DNA of 64,000 bases, taken from the NCBI GenBank assembly GCA_951406725.2, contig OX597834.1:40176001-40240000 (forward strand), read 5' to 3'. Every line of letters begins with the position of its first letter. The first letter of the stretch is position 1. This document shows, in pieces, positions 13,795-26,932 of the stretch. A program made the translations under genes and the position numbers. The notes below the pieces were generated by a model. The model was not told the DNA's origin and ran no database searches. It saw nothing but the letters and a program-made list of their open reading frames with translations. The stretch is from Octopus vulgaris (taxonomy: Eukaryota).

Positions 13795-14355
13795 GATGGG
13801 CTTCTTTCAGTTTCCGTCTACCAAATCCACTCACAAGGCTTTGGTCGGCCATGCAGCTATAGTAGAAGACACTTGGCCAAGGTGTCATGCATTGGGAATG
13901 AACCCAGAACCATATGGTTGGTAAGCAAGCTTCTTACCATACAGCCACGCCTACATACACACATTGTTATGGGAGAATCCTGAACACCCCCATGTGACTG
14001 AACGTGGACTAACCAATTACAATAAATAAAGACTGAGTGAACTGTCAACAAGCGTAGTTGACGGTGTTAGTCTGACTGTGTTGGTTTACCATATTGCTTT
14101 GACGTGTGTTGGTTTAACAGTCGGTAGTTGAACAGTGAGTACTGAGTATCTTACCTACGTTTGGGAGTAGTATGGAGTGCATTCTGTGTTAAGGTATGTT
14201 TTGTGGTAGGTTATTTTCAGATAACCACAACCAACTATATATTAGCGTAATATGATTGTACACCAGACGTGTATACCCAAGTCATAACATATACAAGTAC
14301 ATTCAAAGATACAAGTGTACATATGCAACTATATACGAACACCTCTATCTCTTTT

Positions 14356-14402
<47 letters not shown>

Positions 14403-14861
14403 GTGTGTCTGTGTGTTATATGTGTGTGTGTGTGTGTTTGTGATACATTTATCTCAGAACCTCCCCAAAACTAGAGAATGTTATCTCAGCTTAATAAGAT
14501 TAAACATGAAGAAAAACGACCAATATCAATGTAAGTAATCTCCACAAATGGTAAATCTACAAAAAATTTTCACTTTACAAGAATGAAGGACAACTAAAAT
14601 ATAAAAATTCACAAACAAGCATAATCAGCCAAACATATATCACTATGGTTTCAACACCTGGACTCTGTGTGTGTGTGTGTGTTAAAGTAATGAGAAAAGG
14701 CAAACAGTTAGTCAAGGCAGGCTCAAAGGGAAGTCACCACTAGCCATTTTTTGAGCAAGACAATCACACAGCTACAACTTCAAATGCTGTTCTAAGTGGA
14801 ATTTTGGTGGCACACCTATTTGAGTATATTCATTAGCTTAACTCATCTTGATGAAAATTCC

Positions 14862-14990
14862 TCATATCCTCTTGTTTTTTTTTTTCTGTGTCCCTTTCTG
14901 TAGAAGAGCATAGGCTCGAAATGTAAAAGACTTTTTCAATTCTTGAGCGTTATACACCACCTGTCTTCGTCTTTTGTTTTTTATCACACA
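14862..14990 (+). mobile_element. Short Penelope-type terminal fragment with hammerhead-like motif (second copy at about 22453-22538)
   Basis: CTTT CTGTAGA A GAGC ATAG GCTC GAAA TG TA AAAG at 14894-14929; the 22510-22538 copy reads CTTT CTGTAGA A GAGC GTAG GCTC GAAAC. Confidence 0.5.
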
Positions 14991-16557
14991 CACATACAGA
15001 CAGGTGTATTTAAAGATCCAAGGGAAAATATTATACCTGTCCTTACCATACAGCCATGTCTGTACCTCTCTCATAAATATATACACACGAGAGGGTGCTG
15101 AAATGTTCCTGGCTTTAAGGGTATTGTGAAAGGCCTGGTCGAAGGCCCAGCCTTCTGATTTCTTTTACAGGGCTTAGAAAAACTGAAGGACCATGTGTGA
15201 AAATGAGTAACAGTTTTGCAAAAATTTTGCAGCTTTAATACAAGAATATATCATCATCATCATCATTTAATATCTGTTGTCCATGCTGGCATGGGTTGGA
15301 TGGTTCGGCAGAGGTGGTATGCTGGAAGGCTGCACCAGACTCCAGTCTGATTTGCCATGGTTTTCTACAGCTGGAAGCCCTTCCTAATCCCAACCACTCT
15401 GATGGTTAGGTGCTTTTATGTGCCACCAGCATGGGTGCCATTTGCATGACACGGGCATGGCTACCAATCTGTGTGACACTGGTATCTGCCATGACTGCGA
15501 TTTTGCTTAGCTTGATGGGTCACCTTCTCAAGCACAGCATAATGCCAATGGTCTTGATATATTATATATCACCGTGACCGACCAGGCTATCAGATGTTGT
15601 TACACATCGCTGGTCACAATGTGCTTTGCATTGTTTTAGCCTTCAAATGACGCCACCCTGCTGGCTAAGCAAGCAGGCCAACAGTAGAAAGAGTGAGAGA
15701 AAGTTGTGGCGAAAGAGTACAGCAGGGATCAACACCATCCCCTACCGGAGCCTCGTGGAGCTTTAGGTGTTTTTGCTCAATAAACACTCACAACGCCCGG
15801 TCTGGGAATCGAAACTGAGATCCTACGACCACGAGTTCGCTGCCCTATCCACTGGGACATTGCACTTCCACATATTATATTATAAGGAAACGTAAAGGGG
15901 ACAGGTGGAGGAGGAGATTGGGGGTGGGTGGCTTGAGGATGGAGGATGCCCAAAACCAGGTAAGAAGGCAAGATGGTGTGAGAGCGATTGCTGTAAGAGT
16001 GAGGTCGATCTGACTGCCCCCACCCTGTTAATGGGGACAAATCTGGATTTAAAATATTGGAATTCACCATCATCAATCCACTGTTAATTACGAATGTGTG
16101 TGCGTGCATGGGTGTGCATGTGTATGTCTGTGTGTCTTCTTGCTTAGACATCACGTCATAGTTGTAAACAAGTGTCCCTGTCGTACAAGTGGCTTTGTTC
16201 GTTTTCCCTCTTCCATGTGAAAACAAGTCCAGCCAAGGAGAAAATTTACCTTGATTAGAAGCAGGTGAGGGTTGGTGATTGGGAAAGCATCCAGGCATAG
16301 GAAATCTGTCTTGGTGAATTTCATCTAATTCATACACGCATGGAAAAATAGGCATTAAAAGAATGAGGATGAGAATGGCTATGATGATGATGATGATGAT
16401 GATGATGCTAAATAATTATACAAACACCTCTCTCTCTCCCCCTCTCTCTTTCCCCCATCCCCACACACACGCAGAAGTTAATCAATAGAACGATTTCTCA
16501 ATTAATCTGTCAATGAAAAGATATCGGTAGAGATGAGGGAGAAAGAGAGAGACAGAC

Positions 16558-16595
<38 letters not shown>

Positions 16596-18312
16596 AACGA
16601 TAGAGAGATAAAGAGATGAGTTACAGTTAAAGAGAAATATAGATATGAGAGAGAGAGAGGGAGAGAAGGGAGAGAAAGGGGAGAGAGAGGCTGACAGACA
16701 GACAGGCAGTGAGACAGGGAATAATCCAATTTACTGATGCAGAAAAGAAATGTAAAATTGTGTCAAGATAATCCATTTGAAATCCTTCAGTTTGAAAGAT
16801 CTGCCATTGTCTTCAAAGTAAGATAACAGTTCCAGATTGGTGTGATGTCACAGAATGGCAGGATGGTGATTGTGATGGTGATGGAATTGATGATGGTGGT
16901 AGTGGTGGTGGTGGTGGTGGTGGTGATGGTGTTTTGGTTAATGGCGTTGGCAACAGTGATGGTGGTGGCGGTGGTGGTGTTGTCGGTGGTTGCAGTGAAG
17001 ATTGTTGTGATGGTAGTTGCCATGGTGGTGGTGGTGGTTGTGTAAGAGTAATGGTAGACTTCTACATATAATGTCATTGTGATATTTCAATCATGTCACA
17101 AGTTCAAATCCCTTTGACGTCAGCTTAACCCTTTTAACCTTTCTGGGGGGAGTCTATAAAAATAAATTCTGGGATTGAGTTAAATCAATTGCTTGTGCCT
17201 CCCAACACTCCCTGGATGTTATGCACTTGTGCCAACAGGTGGCAGCACGAGTAGTAATAACACAAGGGTCCCATACAGCCAGAACTACCTGTTATTCTTA
17301 GGAAACTCAATCTGTGATTGGTGATTGATTTAAATCATTAAATTGATTGATTGTGCCTCTCCACACTCATCAAGTATTCTGCTCTTGTGCCAACAGGTAG
17401 CAGCACAAGTAGACAGAACACAAGAGCAATACATCTTGTATTTAGATATGGTCCTGTCTGCTCTGAGTTCAAATACAGCCAGCATTGTATCTGCCCATCA
17501 TCGTTGGGGTAAAATAAAACAGCCCTTTTTATTATGAGCACAAGGCATGAAACTTCGATGGGGAAGGGGATAATCAATTACGTCGACCCCAGTGCACAAC
17601 TGGTACCTATTTTATCGGCCCCTCAAAAGGATGAAAGGCAAAGTTGACCTAGGCAGTATTTGAACTCAGGACCCAAAGATAGACAAAATTCTACCAAGCA
17701 TATTTTTTCCAGGTATGCTAACGATTCAGCCAGACAACCTGGCACAATCTGAAGATTGGTTCCCTCAACTGTATTTATTTAGCGCTTTCACCCCTTTCAG
17801 GAATTCATCCGATGATTGAAACAAACAATAAAAAGATAAAACAAACAGTTAACCTAAATATTATTGATCTGATAAGCGAGGCCCCTACTTCAGTGTAGAG
17901 ACATGGCCCCTATTTCAGAGTAAACCATACAATTAACCAAAAATATAAAACTAACTTAGCAGTTCAGCAAAAGGAATAAAGACCAGAAATTTTATTTACA
18001 AAAAAAAAACATACTGGGATCAATTCGTTTGACAAAAACCCATCGAGGTGGTGCCCCAGCATGGCGACAGTCAAATGACTGAAACAACCCACGTCTCTAC
18101 AATCATTATATCCTATTTACCTTGACCTTTGTCCCCCATCCCCCCCTGCCGTTTCTCTCTGTTCTTTTAACCCTATTTTCTCTTTCATTCTTTCTAGAAC
18201 CCTTTTTTGTGTTTTTCCCCTCTGTTTCTCCAACGCCAACCATTCCCCTTATTTCCCTCTGCTTCTCATCCTCATCCTTTATCTTCCTGTTTTCATCTTC
18301 TCATTCAACCAG

Positions 18313-18432
18313 AATCCTCCATTGGCTCATCCAACGACAACAATGGGAAAGAGACAGACAGGCTGACGCACAGACAGACAGAAAGGCAACCCATTTCCCC
18401 CGAGAGATTCAAAGAGAAATCCGATTCCAATG
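18313..18432 (+). CDS. Possible 120-nt phase 1-1 exon of an unknown plus-strand transcript
   Basis: Long pyrimidine tract, ccag| acceptor, open frame ESSIGSSNDNNGKETDRLTHRQTERQPISPERFKEKSDSN, donor TG|gtaaat; low-complexity peptide, no recognisable domain. Confidence 0.2.
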
Positions 18433-19334
18433 GTAAATGCGGAAGTTACAACAAAGCAAAGTGTGAAGAACTGCTCCAGTGTGTGTATATATATATATAT
18501 ATATACAAATGTATAAAGATATATGCGATCACATATACATATCCCTCGGTGCAGGATTCCATGGCTACATGTGTGCACAAACACACATGTGCATGTAGAC
18601 ACACACATGCACACACGCATTCACACATGCAAATACTGAGATGTGTTCACAGATAAATGCACTCAGGTAGGATACATAAATACATACATGTATACACACG
18701 TGCATGTACGTGTGTGCATGTATGTATGTGTGTGTATGTCTGTGTGTGTATGTATGTGTGTGTATGTATGTGTGTGTATGTATGTGTGTGTATGTATGTA
18801 TGTGTGTATGTATGTGTGTATGTATGTATGTGTGTGTGTATGTATGTATGTATGATGTATGTATGAGTGTGTGCATGTATGTATGTGTGTGTATGTATGT
18901 GTGTGTGTGTATGTATGTGTGTGTGTGTATACACACATGCATATGTAGAAATGCAGACAGGTAACCAATAAAGAAGCCACTAAGTGGTCACTTGATCTGC
19001 TAGAAACAACAGCAAAATCTCAATGTAATTACATGCTACCGTCTCAAAGAATGAAGTAATGTAATCCTAGATATACCCAGTGTGACAAAAAAAAAATGAA
19101 AGAATAAATAAATAGATAGCATGATCAGAATTGAAATATCTGCTGGACCAAGACTGACCTAGGGTTAAACAACCCCAAAAAACTTCAAAATCCAGTTTGA
19201 AATATTGGGAATATGATTCACTAAAACTCTTGAATAACATGGTGCCCCAGCATGGCCAGAGTCAAATAACTGAAACCAGTATAAGAATACATACAAACAC
19301 ATACAAGCATACACATATATAATGTGTGTATCTG

Positions 19335-19470
19335 TATACATGTGCCATTGGCAAATCTTCTTCTCCATCTTTGGTCTTTACTCTTTCTCCTTTCCGACGA
19401 AGAGCTTTGCTCAAAATGTCAAACTCTCTCCTTACACCAAGCATTGAGCTAATATGTTTCTTGTACATGT
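19335..19470 (+). mobile_element. Diverged copy of the 20701-20893 family with decayed hammerhead
   Basis: TTT CCGACGA A GAGC TTT GCTC AAAA TG TC AAA at 19391-19423; shared upstream ccattggc...ctccatctt. Confidence 0.45.
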
Positions 19471-19532
19471 CCTCAGGTTTTTTTTTTTTTTTTTATTATT
19501 TCAGTTGGTTATTTGAATTGATTATACATACT

Positions 19533-19754
19533 CTCTTTTACTCTTTTACTTCTTTCAGTCATTTGACTGCGGCCATGCTGGAGCACCGCCTTTAGTCGAG
19601 CAAATCGACCCCGGGACTTATTCTTTTTGTAAGCCCAGTACTTATTCTATCGGTCTCTTTTGCCGAACCGCTAAGTGACGGGGACGTAAACACACCAGCA
19701 TCGGTTGTCAAGCAATGCTAGGGGGACAAACACAGACACACAAACATATACGCA

Positions 19755-19814
<60 letters not shown>

Positions 19815-19977
19815 GACAGGCTTCTTTCAGTTTCCGTCTACCAAATCGACTCACAAGGCTTTGATCAGCCCGGGGCTATAGCAGAAGACACTTGCCCAAG
19901 ATGCTACGCAGTGGGACTGAACCCAGAACCATGTGGTTGGTTAGCAAGCTACTTACCACACAGCCACTCCTGCGCCT
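19533..19977 (-). mobile_element. SINE family A, full length, little diverged
   Basis: Near-identical to 44208-44603. Confidence 0.88.
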
Positions 19978-20496
19978 ATACATGCATATATCATCATCAT
20001 CATCATCGTTTAATGTCCGCTTTCCATGCTAACATGGGTTGGATGATTTTGACCGAGGGCTGGCGAACCAGACAGCCGCACCAGGCTCCAATCTTGATCT
20101 GGCAGAGTTTCTACAGCTGGATGCTCTTCCTAACACCAACCACTCCGAGAGTGTAGTGGGTGGTTTTTACGTGCCACCGGCACGAGGGCCAGTCAGGCGG
20201 TACTGGCTATGACCTCGCTCGAATCTTTTTACACATGCCACCGGCACAGGTGAAAGAAAGACGACGCTGGTAACGATCACGCTCGAATGGTGCCCTTTTA
20301 CGTGCCAGTGGCACAGAAGCCACTTAGCCGCTCTGGCAACGATCACACTTGGATTGTGCTCTTGGCATGGGCACAAGTGCCAGTAAGGCCATACACTCAC
20401 ATAATATCCTCATCTGTATGTAGCACGCACACACACTCCCCCCTCTCTCTCTCAGATCAATAGAAGTAGTCAGAGGTTTATTGAAAATGTTCCTAC

Positions 20497-20624
20497 CTCT
20501 TCTGAAGAATAATGGTAAAACTTTTTGATGTTCTGCAGAAGAACACAATATTTAGGTTCCCAATTTGGCATTTCCGGGTAAGTTTCTCCCAGGCTCTGGT
20601 CATCGTAAGCTCTGGCATCATATT
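20497..20624 (-). CDS. RASAL2: Internal coding exon (128 nt, phase 1 to 0) of a SynGAP/RASAL2(nGAP)/DAB2IP-family Ras GTPase-activating protein, N-terminal PH-like segment
   Basis: Minus strand tttatttcttttgcag|AATATGAT...GAAGAG|gtagga; unique sequence; open frame (E)YDARAYDDQSLGETYPEMPNWEPKYCVLLQNIKKFYHYSSEE. YPEMPNWEPKYCVL resembles RASAL2 YTETTTWERKYCIL as recalled from memory. Symbol is family-level; not confirmed by search. Confidence 0.7.
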
Positions 20625-20700
20625 CTGCAAAAGAAATAAATAAAGAAATGGTTATATATTGATAACATATATACATTTATATATATATATATATATATAT

Positions 20701-20893
20701 AGTTAATCCAAGCATGAAAACACGAGGTGGAACAAGTATAGTGTTATTGGACGCTCAGGAAAGGAAAGGAAGAAGAGGGATTTAATGTTTCAAGCAGAGC
20801 TCTTTGTCAGAAACATTGGAAAACGAAAGATCCAAGGAAGGCAAGATGGAGGGGAAAAAAATCGCCAATGGTACACACGCGGTCACATTTTGA
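20701..20893 (-). mobile_element. Short (TA)n-embedded Penelope-type fragment with decayed hammerhead
   Basis: Minus strand TTT CTGACAA A GAGC TCT GCTT GAAA CA TT AAA (20781-20813); flanked by (TA)n; homologous to 19335-19470. Confidence 0.5.
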
Positions 20894-21134
20894 ATGATAT
20901 GTATGATATATATATATATATATATATATATAATTGAATAAGGGTAGAAATTGATATTAATCAATTAAAACCAGTGGCCTAACATATTAAAATATCCTAA
21001 AGATTAAAATATTTTTTACAGAGAACACATTCTTCGTGGAAAATAGCGATTTTGACGTCTATTTCTAGCATATTGACCATCTACTTTTAGTGGTCAGTCC
21101 TTTAAATTTTGTGTATATATATATATATAATCTT

Positions 21135-21316
21135 TTTATTTTCTTATTTGTTTCAGGCATTGAACTACGGTCATGCTGGGGCACCACCTGGATATGCTCA
21201 ATCAAACAATCGACTTAATTTGTTTTAAGTCTGGGACTTGACAAACAAGACTCGTAGACTAAGTTACAGGGACGTAAACAAACCAACACTGGTTGCCAAG
21301 CAATAGTGGAGGAACA

Positions 21317-21353
<37 letters not shown>

Positions 21354-21530
21354 ACACACATATATATGACGGGCTTCTTTCAGTTTCCGTCTACCAAATC
21401 CACTCACAAGGCTTTGGTTGGCCCGAGGCTATAGTAGAAGACACTTGCCCAAGGGGCCACGCAGTGGGACTGAACCCGGAACCATGTGGTTGGTAAGCAC
21501 GCTACTTACCACATGGCCACTCCTGCACCT
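21135..21530 (-). mobile_element. SINE family A; other copies or fragments at about 1215-1380(+), 13720-13955(-), 22290-22450(+), 24085-24460(+), 25140-25345(-), 28400-28600(-), 29505-29725(-), 32410-32660(+), 33670-33890(+), 41100-41305(-), 45112-45386(+), 51285-51530(-), 55005-55360(-)
   Basis: Shared head, body or tail sequence. Confidence 0.8.
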
Positions 21531-21845
21531 ATATGCACATAATACACTCTATATACACACAAGGGTGTCTGTGAGTATATATATATATATTGTGTGTGTG
21601 TGTGTGGAAGTGTTTTGTCTATATGCGTAAGAACCACATGAGGATGTGGATACGTTTATATAAACAGATTTTGTGTATGCATATATGTGTATATGTATGT
21701 ATATATAAACACTTGAATATATGTATTTATATATACATACATATATAAACAATGGATGTATGCATAACTAGAGTGTATGTTGATACAATTAGATGTGTGT
21801 GTATATATAAATGAATATGTAAAGTTAAGATGATGCATATGTAAA

Positions 21846-21877
<32 letters not shown>

Positions 21878-22248
21878 GTGTGTGTGCGTGTGTGTGTGCG
21901 TGTGTGTGTGCGTGTGTGTGTGTGTGTGTGTATGTGTGTGTGTGCATATGTGTGTGTGTGTGTGTGTGTGTGTATGCAAACACACACAGAGGAGTAGATG
22001 TAAGTAGAGGTATGTAAAGAAATGAAACGGTTGCAATGTAAGATTTTGACCAAAGATGGAAGAGAATGGGAAGGGGAAATCGTAGTGTTCTGGCAGATAT
22101 TCCACTTTGATGATGACATTAGCTTTAACTCATTGACCTTTGTATGTCATACACACTGCAACAAGAGACTCTTGTCTCCCAGAAGAGCTCAGATGGACTG
22201 ACACTTTCTTATGCAATACATATATAGGACACTACCTCTCTCTCTGTT

Positions 22249-22283
<35 letters not shown>

Positions 22284-22637
22284 GTAAGTGCAGGTGTAGC
22301 TGTATCGTAAGAGGCCTGCTTCCCAACTACATGGTTCCAGGCTCAATCCCCACTGCATAGCACCGTGGACAAGTGTCTCCTACTATAGCCCCAAGCTGAC
22401 CAAAGCTTTGTGAGTGGTTTTGGTAGATAGAAACTGAAACAAGCCCATCGTTAGCCACTACACACATTTTTTTGCTCTCCTTGTTTCTCTCCTTGTTTTT
22501 TCTGTGTCCCTTTCTGTAGAAGAGCGTAGGCTCGAAACTAGTCCCCTCTCACAAAATTTCAGGCCCTGTGCCTTTAGTAGAAAGGAGTATTATTATTTTC
22601 ATTATTATTATCATCATTATTACACATCTATCTATCC

Positions 22638-22666
<29 letters not shown>

Positions 22667-22668
<2 letters not shown>

Positions 22669-22910
22669 GAGGCGTGAGGCTTAGTGGTTAGGGTGTCAGC
22701 ACCATGATCGTAAGATTGTGGTTTCGATTCCTGGACCAGGCGACGTATTGTGCTCTTGAGCAAAACACTTCATTTCACGTTGCTCCAGTTGACACAGCTG
22801 GCAAAAATGAGTAACGCTGTGATGGACTGGCGTCCCGTCCAGCTGGGGAACACATATGCCATTGAAACTGGGAAACCAGGCCCATGAGCCTGGCTAGGCT
22901 TTAAAAGGGT
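22667..22910 (+). mobile_element. CORE-type SINE family E variant with a different 3' half; similar at about 26200-26410(-)
   Basis: Same head and core, then gatggactggcgtcccgtccag...gaaactgggaaaccaggccc. Confidence 0.75.
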
Positions 22911-23022
22911 GCATTTATTTTATACATATATATACATACAGATATATACATACATACATATATATATACATACATACATATATATATATATATACATACA
23001 TATATTCATATATACACATATA

Positions 23023-23056
<34 letters not shown>

Positions 23057-23087
23057 CATACATACATACATACATACATACATACAC

Positions 23088-23118
<31 letters not shown>

Positions 23119-23124
23119 CATACA

Positions 23125-23158
<34 letters not shown>

Positions 23159-23719
23159 CATTATATATATATAAATAAAATACCCATTTCTAATACGTTA
23201 CATGTGGGTTCACTCTGTCTTTATCACTTTATTTCAAGCTTTATCCTGTGTGTGTGTGTGTGTGTCATGTGTCTATACAAGCACACATATATACATACAT
23301 ACACACAAACACATACACAGAGCATTCACACACACAAACACACACACATTGTGACAATGGAAGATGAAGAGAGAGAAAGAAAGAGAGAAGTAGAGGATTG
23401 CAGAATGGCTGAGGGTAAAGAAAGTAGGGTGAGTCTCAGAGTGTAGTGCGCTACTCCAAAACCGTGATTGTTCCAACACTTGAGGAAGTCTGAATTCTTT
23501 GTTTTCTGTGATTCATCATTGAATCTAATAACGTTGCCGCCACTGCCGCCATATCCTTTCATAAATGCTGTCACTGTCCAAATAATTCTTCAGTTTCACT
23601 TTGTCTTAACATTACACTAAGTGGGGGGAGAAAGGGGTGGGGACGGAATGGTCAAGAGACGCCACAGTTAGTAGCATTTCAGGTCAAGTAATTTTGAAGG
23701 TCACATCACTTAACATTTG

Positions 23720-24070
23720 GTGGGTTGTTCAGCCCCAGGTCAGCAGCTCTGAGTGAAAAGAAATATGATCAAAGACATTCCAGTTATGACCATCATCCTG
23801 TCTTTTTTTTCTGAACTATAAATGTATTCAGGACTGCATATCTCTTAGGATAATAATGTGATTTGAAAGAAATTGGACTGTTACTTCTAGCAGACCACAT
23901 GAGAAGCCATTGTATTCATGATGGATAGAAATATCAAAGGCATTCCAGCCATGACCATCATATCTTTTTTCTTACATCCAGAAATACATTCTCCAGAATA
24001 ACCAGGTTGTCCCATTTTATGACACTAATATGATTTGAGAGAAACTAGACTGCTATTTCTATCAAATAAC
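23720..24070 (+). repeat. Unclassified interspersed repeat, locally duplicated; also at about 24545-24700, 28090-28290, 18960-19170(-), 45430-45550(-)
   Basis: Recurring ..atcaaaggcattccagccatgaccatc..tgatttgagagaa..gctatttctagc. Confidence 0.55.
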
Positions 24071-24202
24071 ATGACTGCATAGAGCAGTGTTTTCTACTAT
24101 AGCCTCGGGTTGACCAAAGCCTTGAGTGGATTTAGTAGATGGAAACTGAAAGAAGCCTGTCATGTATACGTGTGTGTGTGTGTGTGAGAGAGAGAGTATG
24201 TG

Positions 24203-24234
<32 letters not shown>

Positions 24235-25370
24235 CATGTGTATGTGTGCATGTTTGTGTGTCTGTGTTTGTCCCCACAACATCACTTGACAACTGATGCT
24301 GGTGTGTTTACGTTCCTCGTAAATTAGCGGTTCAGCAAGATAAACCGATAGAATAAGTATTAGGTTTACAAAGAATAAGTCCTGGGGTCGACTTGCTCGA
24401 CTAAAAGCGGTGCTCCAGCATGGCCGCTGTCAAATGACTGAAACAAGTAAAAGAGTAAAGAAAGAGACCCCCAAGGGCCATTTGAACCCCAGTTGAGAAC
24501 TCCTGATATAGAATCTTCCTCAAGCTATTTTATCCCTGAGTGAATAGAAATATCACTGAAGGCATTCCAGCTATGACCATCCTGTATTTTGAATCCAGGA
24601 TTATATTCTTTAGGATAGACAAGTTGTCCCGTTTTATGAGAGTAGTGTAATTTAAGAGAAACTGGACTTATTTCTAGCAAATCATCTGACCACATAGAAG
24701 TTGCCTCATCAGCGCTTGTATTTATTCACTCCTAAGTAGAAAACAATTTCTAGGCTGAGCTGAAAACTGAAAAAGTTTGAAAGACTTCGGGGTGTTAAAC
24801 AAGTCACTCTACTCACACAATGTGTGAACTGGTCAAAGTGAATTAATAATGAAGTTTAGAAAAGTGTATCTAAATTATTGATTGGGAGGGGAGTTAATCA
24901 ATAGCACAAGTAAGTAAATTTCACTGAAGTCTTGATCCCTAATGACAATGTCTGGCCTCTGTTTCCTCACCTAAATATCGACTGATTGAGAACTAGGTTA
25001 CGTGTGGTTGACTTGTTAAATAACTCAATGGGTAGGATTTAGAGTGGGCAGCAAGCACCATGAAATGAGGGAGGGTATTCTACACACACACACACACACA
25101 TGTACGTATTATTACACACATACATTTGTCTTTTCATTTATCTTTTACCTGTTTCAGTCATTAGACTGTGGCCATGCTGGGGCACTGCCTTGAAGAATGT
25201 TTAGTGGAGCAAACTGACACCAATACTTATTTTTCTTTTTTTTAAGACCTGTAGTTATTCTATCAGTCTCTTTTGGTGAACCACTAAGTTACAGAGACAT
25301 AAACACACCAACACCAGTTGTCAAGCAGCAGTGGGGTACAAACACAGACACGAAGACATACACAGACAGA

Positions 25371-25535
25371 TAGGAGTGGCTGTGTGGTAAGTAGCTTGCT
25401 AACCAACCACATGGTTCCGGCTTCAGTCCCACTGCGTGGCATTTTGGGCAAGTGTCTTCTGCTATAGCCCTGGGCCGACCAATGACTTGTGAGTGGATTT
25501 GGTAAGCGGAAACTGAAAGAAGCTTGTCGTATATA

Positions 25536-25580
<45 letters not shown>

Positions 25581-25796
25581 ATGTGTTTGTGTGTCTGTGT
25601 TTGTCCCTCTAGCATTGCTTGACAACCAATGCTGGTGTGTTTATGTCCCCGTCACTTAGCGGTTCGGCAAAAGAGACCGATTGAATAAGTACTAGGCTTA
25701 CAAAGAATAAATCCCGGGGTCGATTTGCTTGACTGAAAGGCAGTGCTCCAGCATGGCCGCAATCAAATGACTGAAACAAGTAAAAGAGTAAAAGAG
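25371..25796 (+). mobile_element. tRNA-derived SINE family A, full-length reference copy with internal (TA)n(TG)n
   Basis: Head ggagtggctgtgtggtaagtagc..ttcagtccc, CORE-like ttgggcaagtgtctt, tail ctgaaacaag(taaaagag)n; more than 20 full or partial copies in the window. Confidence 0.85.
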
Positions 25797-26893
25797 ATAT
25801 ATATATATGTATGTATGTATGTATATATGTATGTATATATACGATGGGCTTCTTTCAGTTTCCATCTCCCAAATCTACTCACAAAGCTTTGGTTGGCTTG
25901 AGGACTCAGTAGAATCATGTGGTTGGAAAGCAAACTTCTTACCACACAGCCACACCAGCACCTCCACACAGCCACACATATGTCTGTGTTACTTTCATAA
26001 CTACACACATACATAAACGTGTGTCTATCATCATCATCATCATTTAACATCTGTTGTCCATCTGTTGGACAGTTTGACCAGGGCTGACAAGCTGGAAGGC
26101 TGCACCAGACTCCAGTCTGTGTGTGTAGTAACGAACAACAAGGTGTGAATGTGTTTTGGAGAGAAATATTAAAGGATACAGATCCTTCGCAAACCATGTA
26201 GACTCCATGAGGCCAGTTTCCCAGTTTCCATGTAGAGTATATTCCTACATGGGACGGAACACCAGTCAGGCACAGGATGACTCATTTTTGCCAGGTGAGT
26301 GGACTGGAGTGATGTGAAATGAAGTGTCTTGCTCAAGAACACAGCACATCACCCAGTCTAGGAATTGAAACCGCAATCTTACGGTGATGAATGCAACACC
26401 TTAACCTCTAAACTGTACACCTTCAGAGAGTAAATTATAAATACAGGTATATAGGTACAGGTGTGGTTGTGTGGTAAGAAGCTTGTTTTCCAAACACATG
26501 GTCCCGGTTTCAGACCCAGAATGGTGGGAAAAGAAAAAAAAATGAACAGAAGCAGGTCTGTTGATTAAGGTACCAAAATTGCCTTCAGCCTTGGTCCACA
26601 CCTGTTGAAAGAGTACAGTGACCTTGTGAGTACTTTGTCTTGGGTGTGTTTACCTGTTGCTCATTTTTTGATGGTAATTCCACACAAAAGAAGTTTATTT
26701 TGTCTGTGTGTGTGTGTGTACACATTTATGCATATTATATATATATATACATAAATATACACACACATTTATATATACATACACATTCACATTATATATA
26801 CATATATTTATGTATGTATACATTATATATATATATAAATATATGTATATATACATATACACACATACATATACACACATGATAAAAATGTTG

Positions 26894-26932
<39 letters not shown>

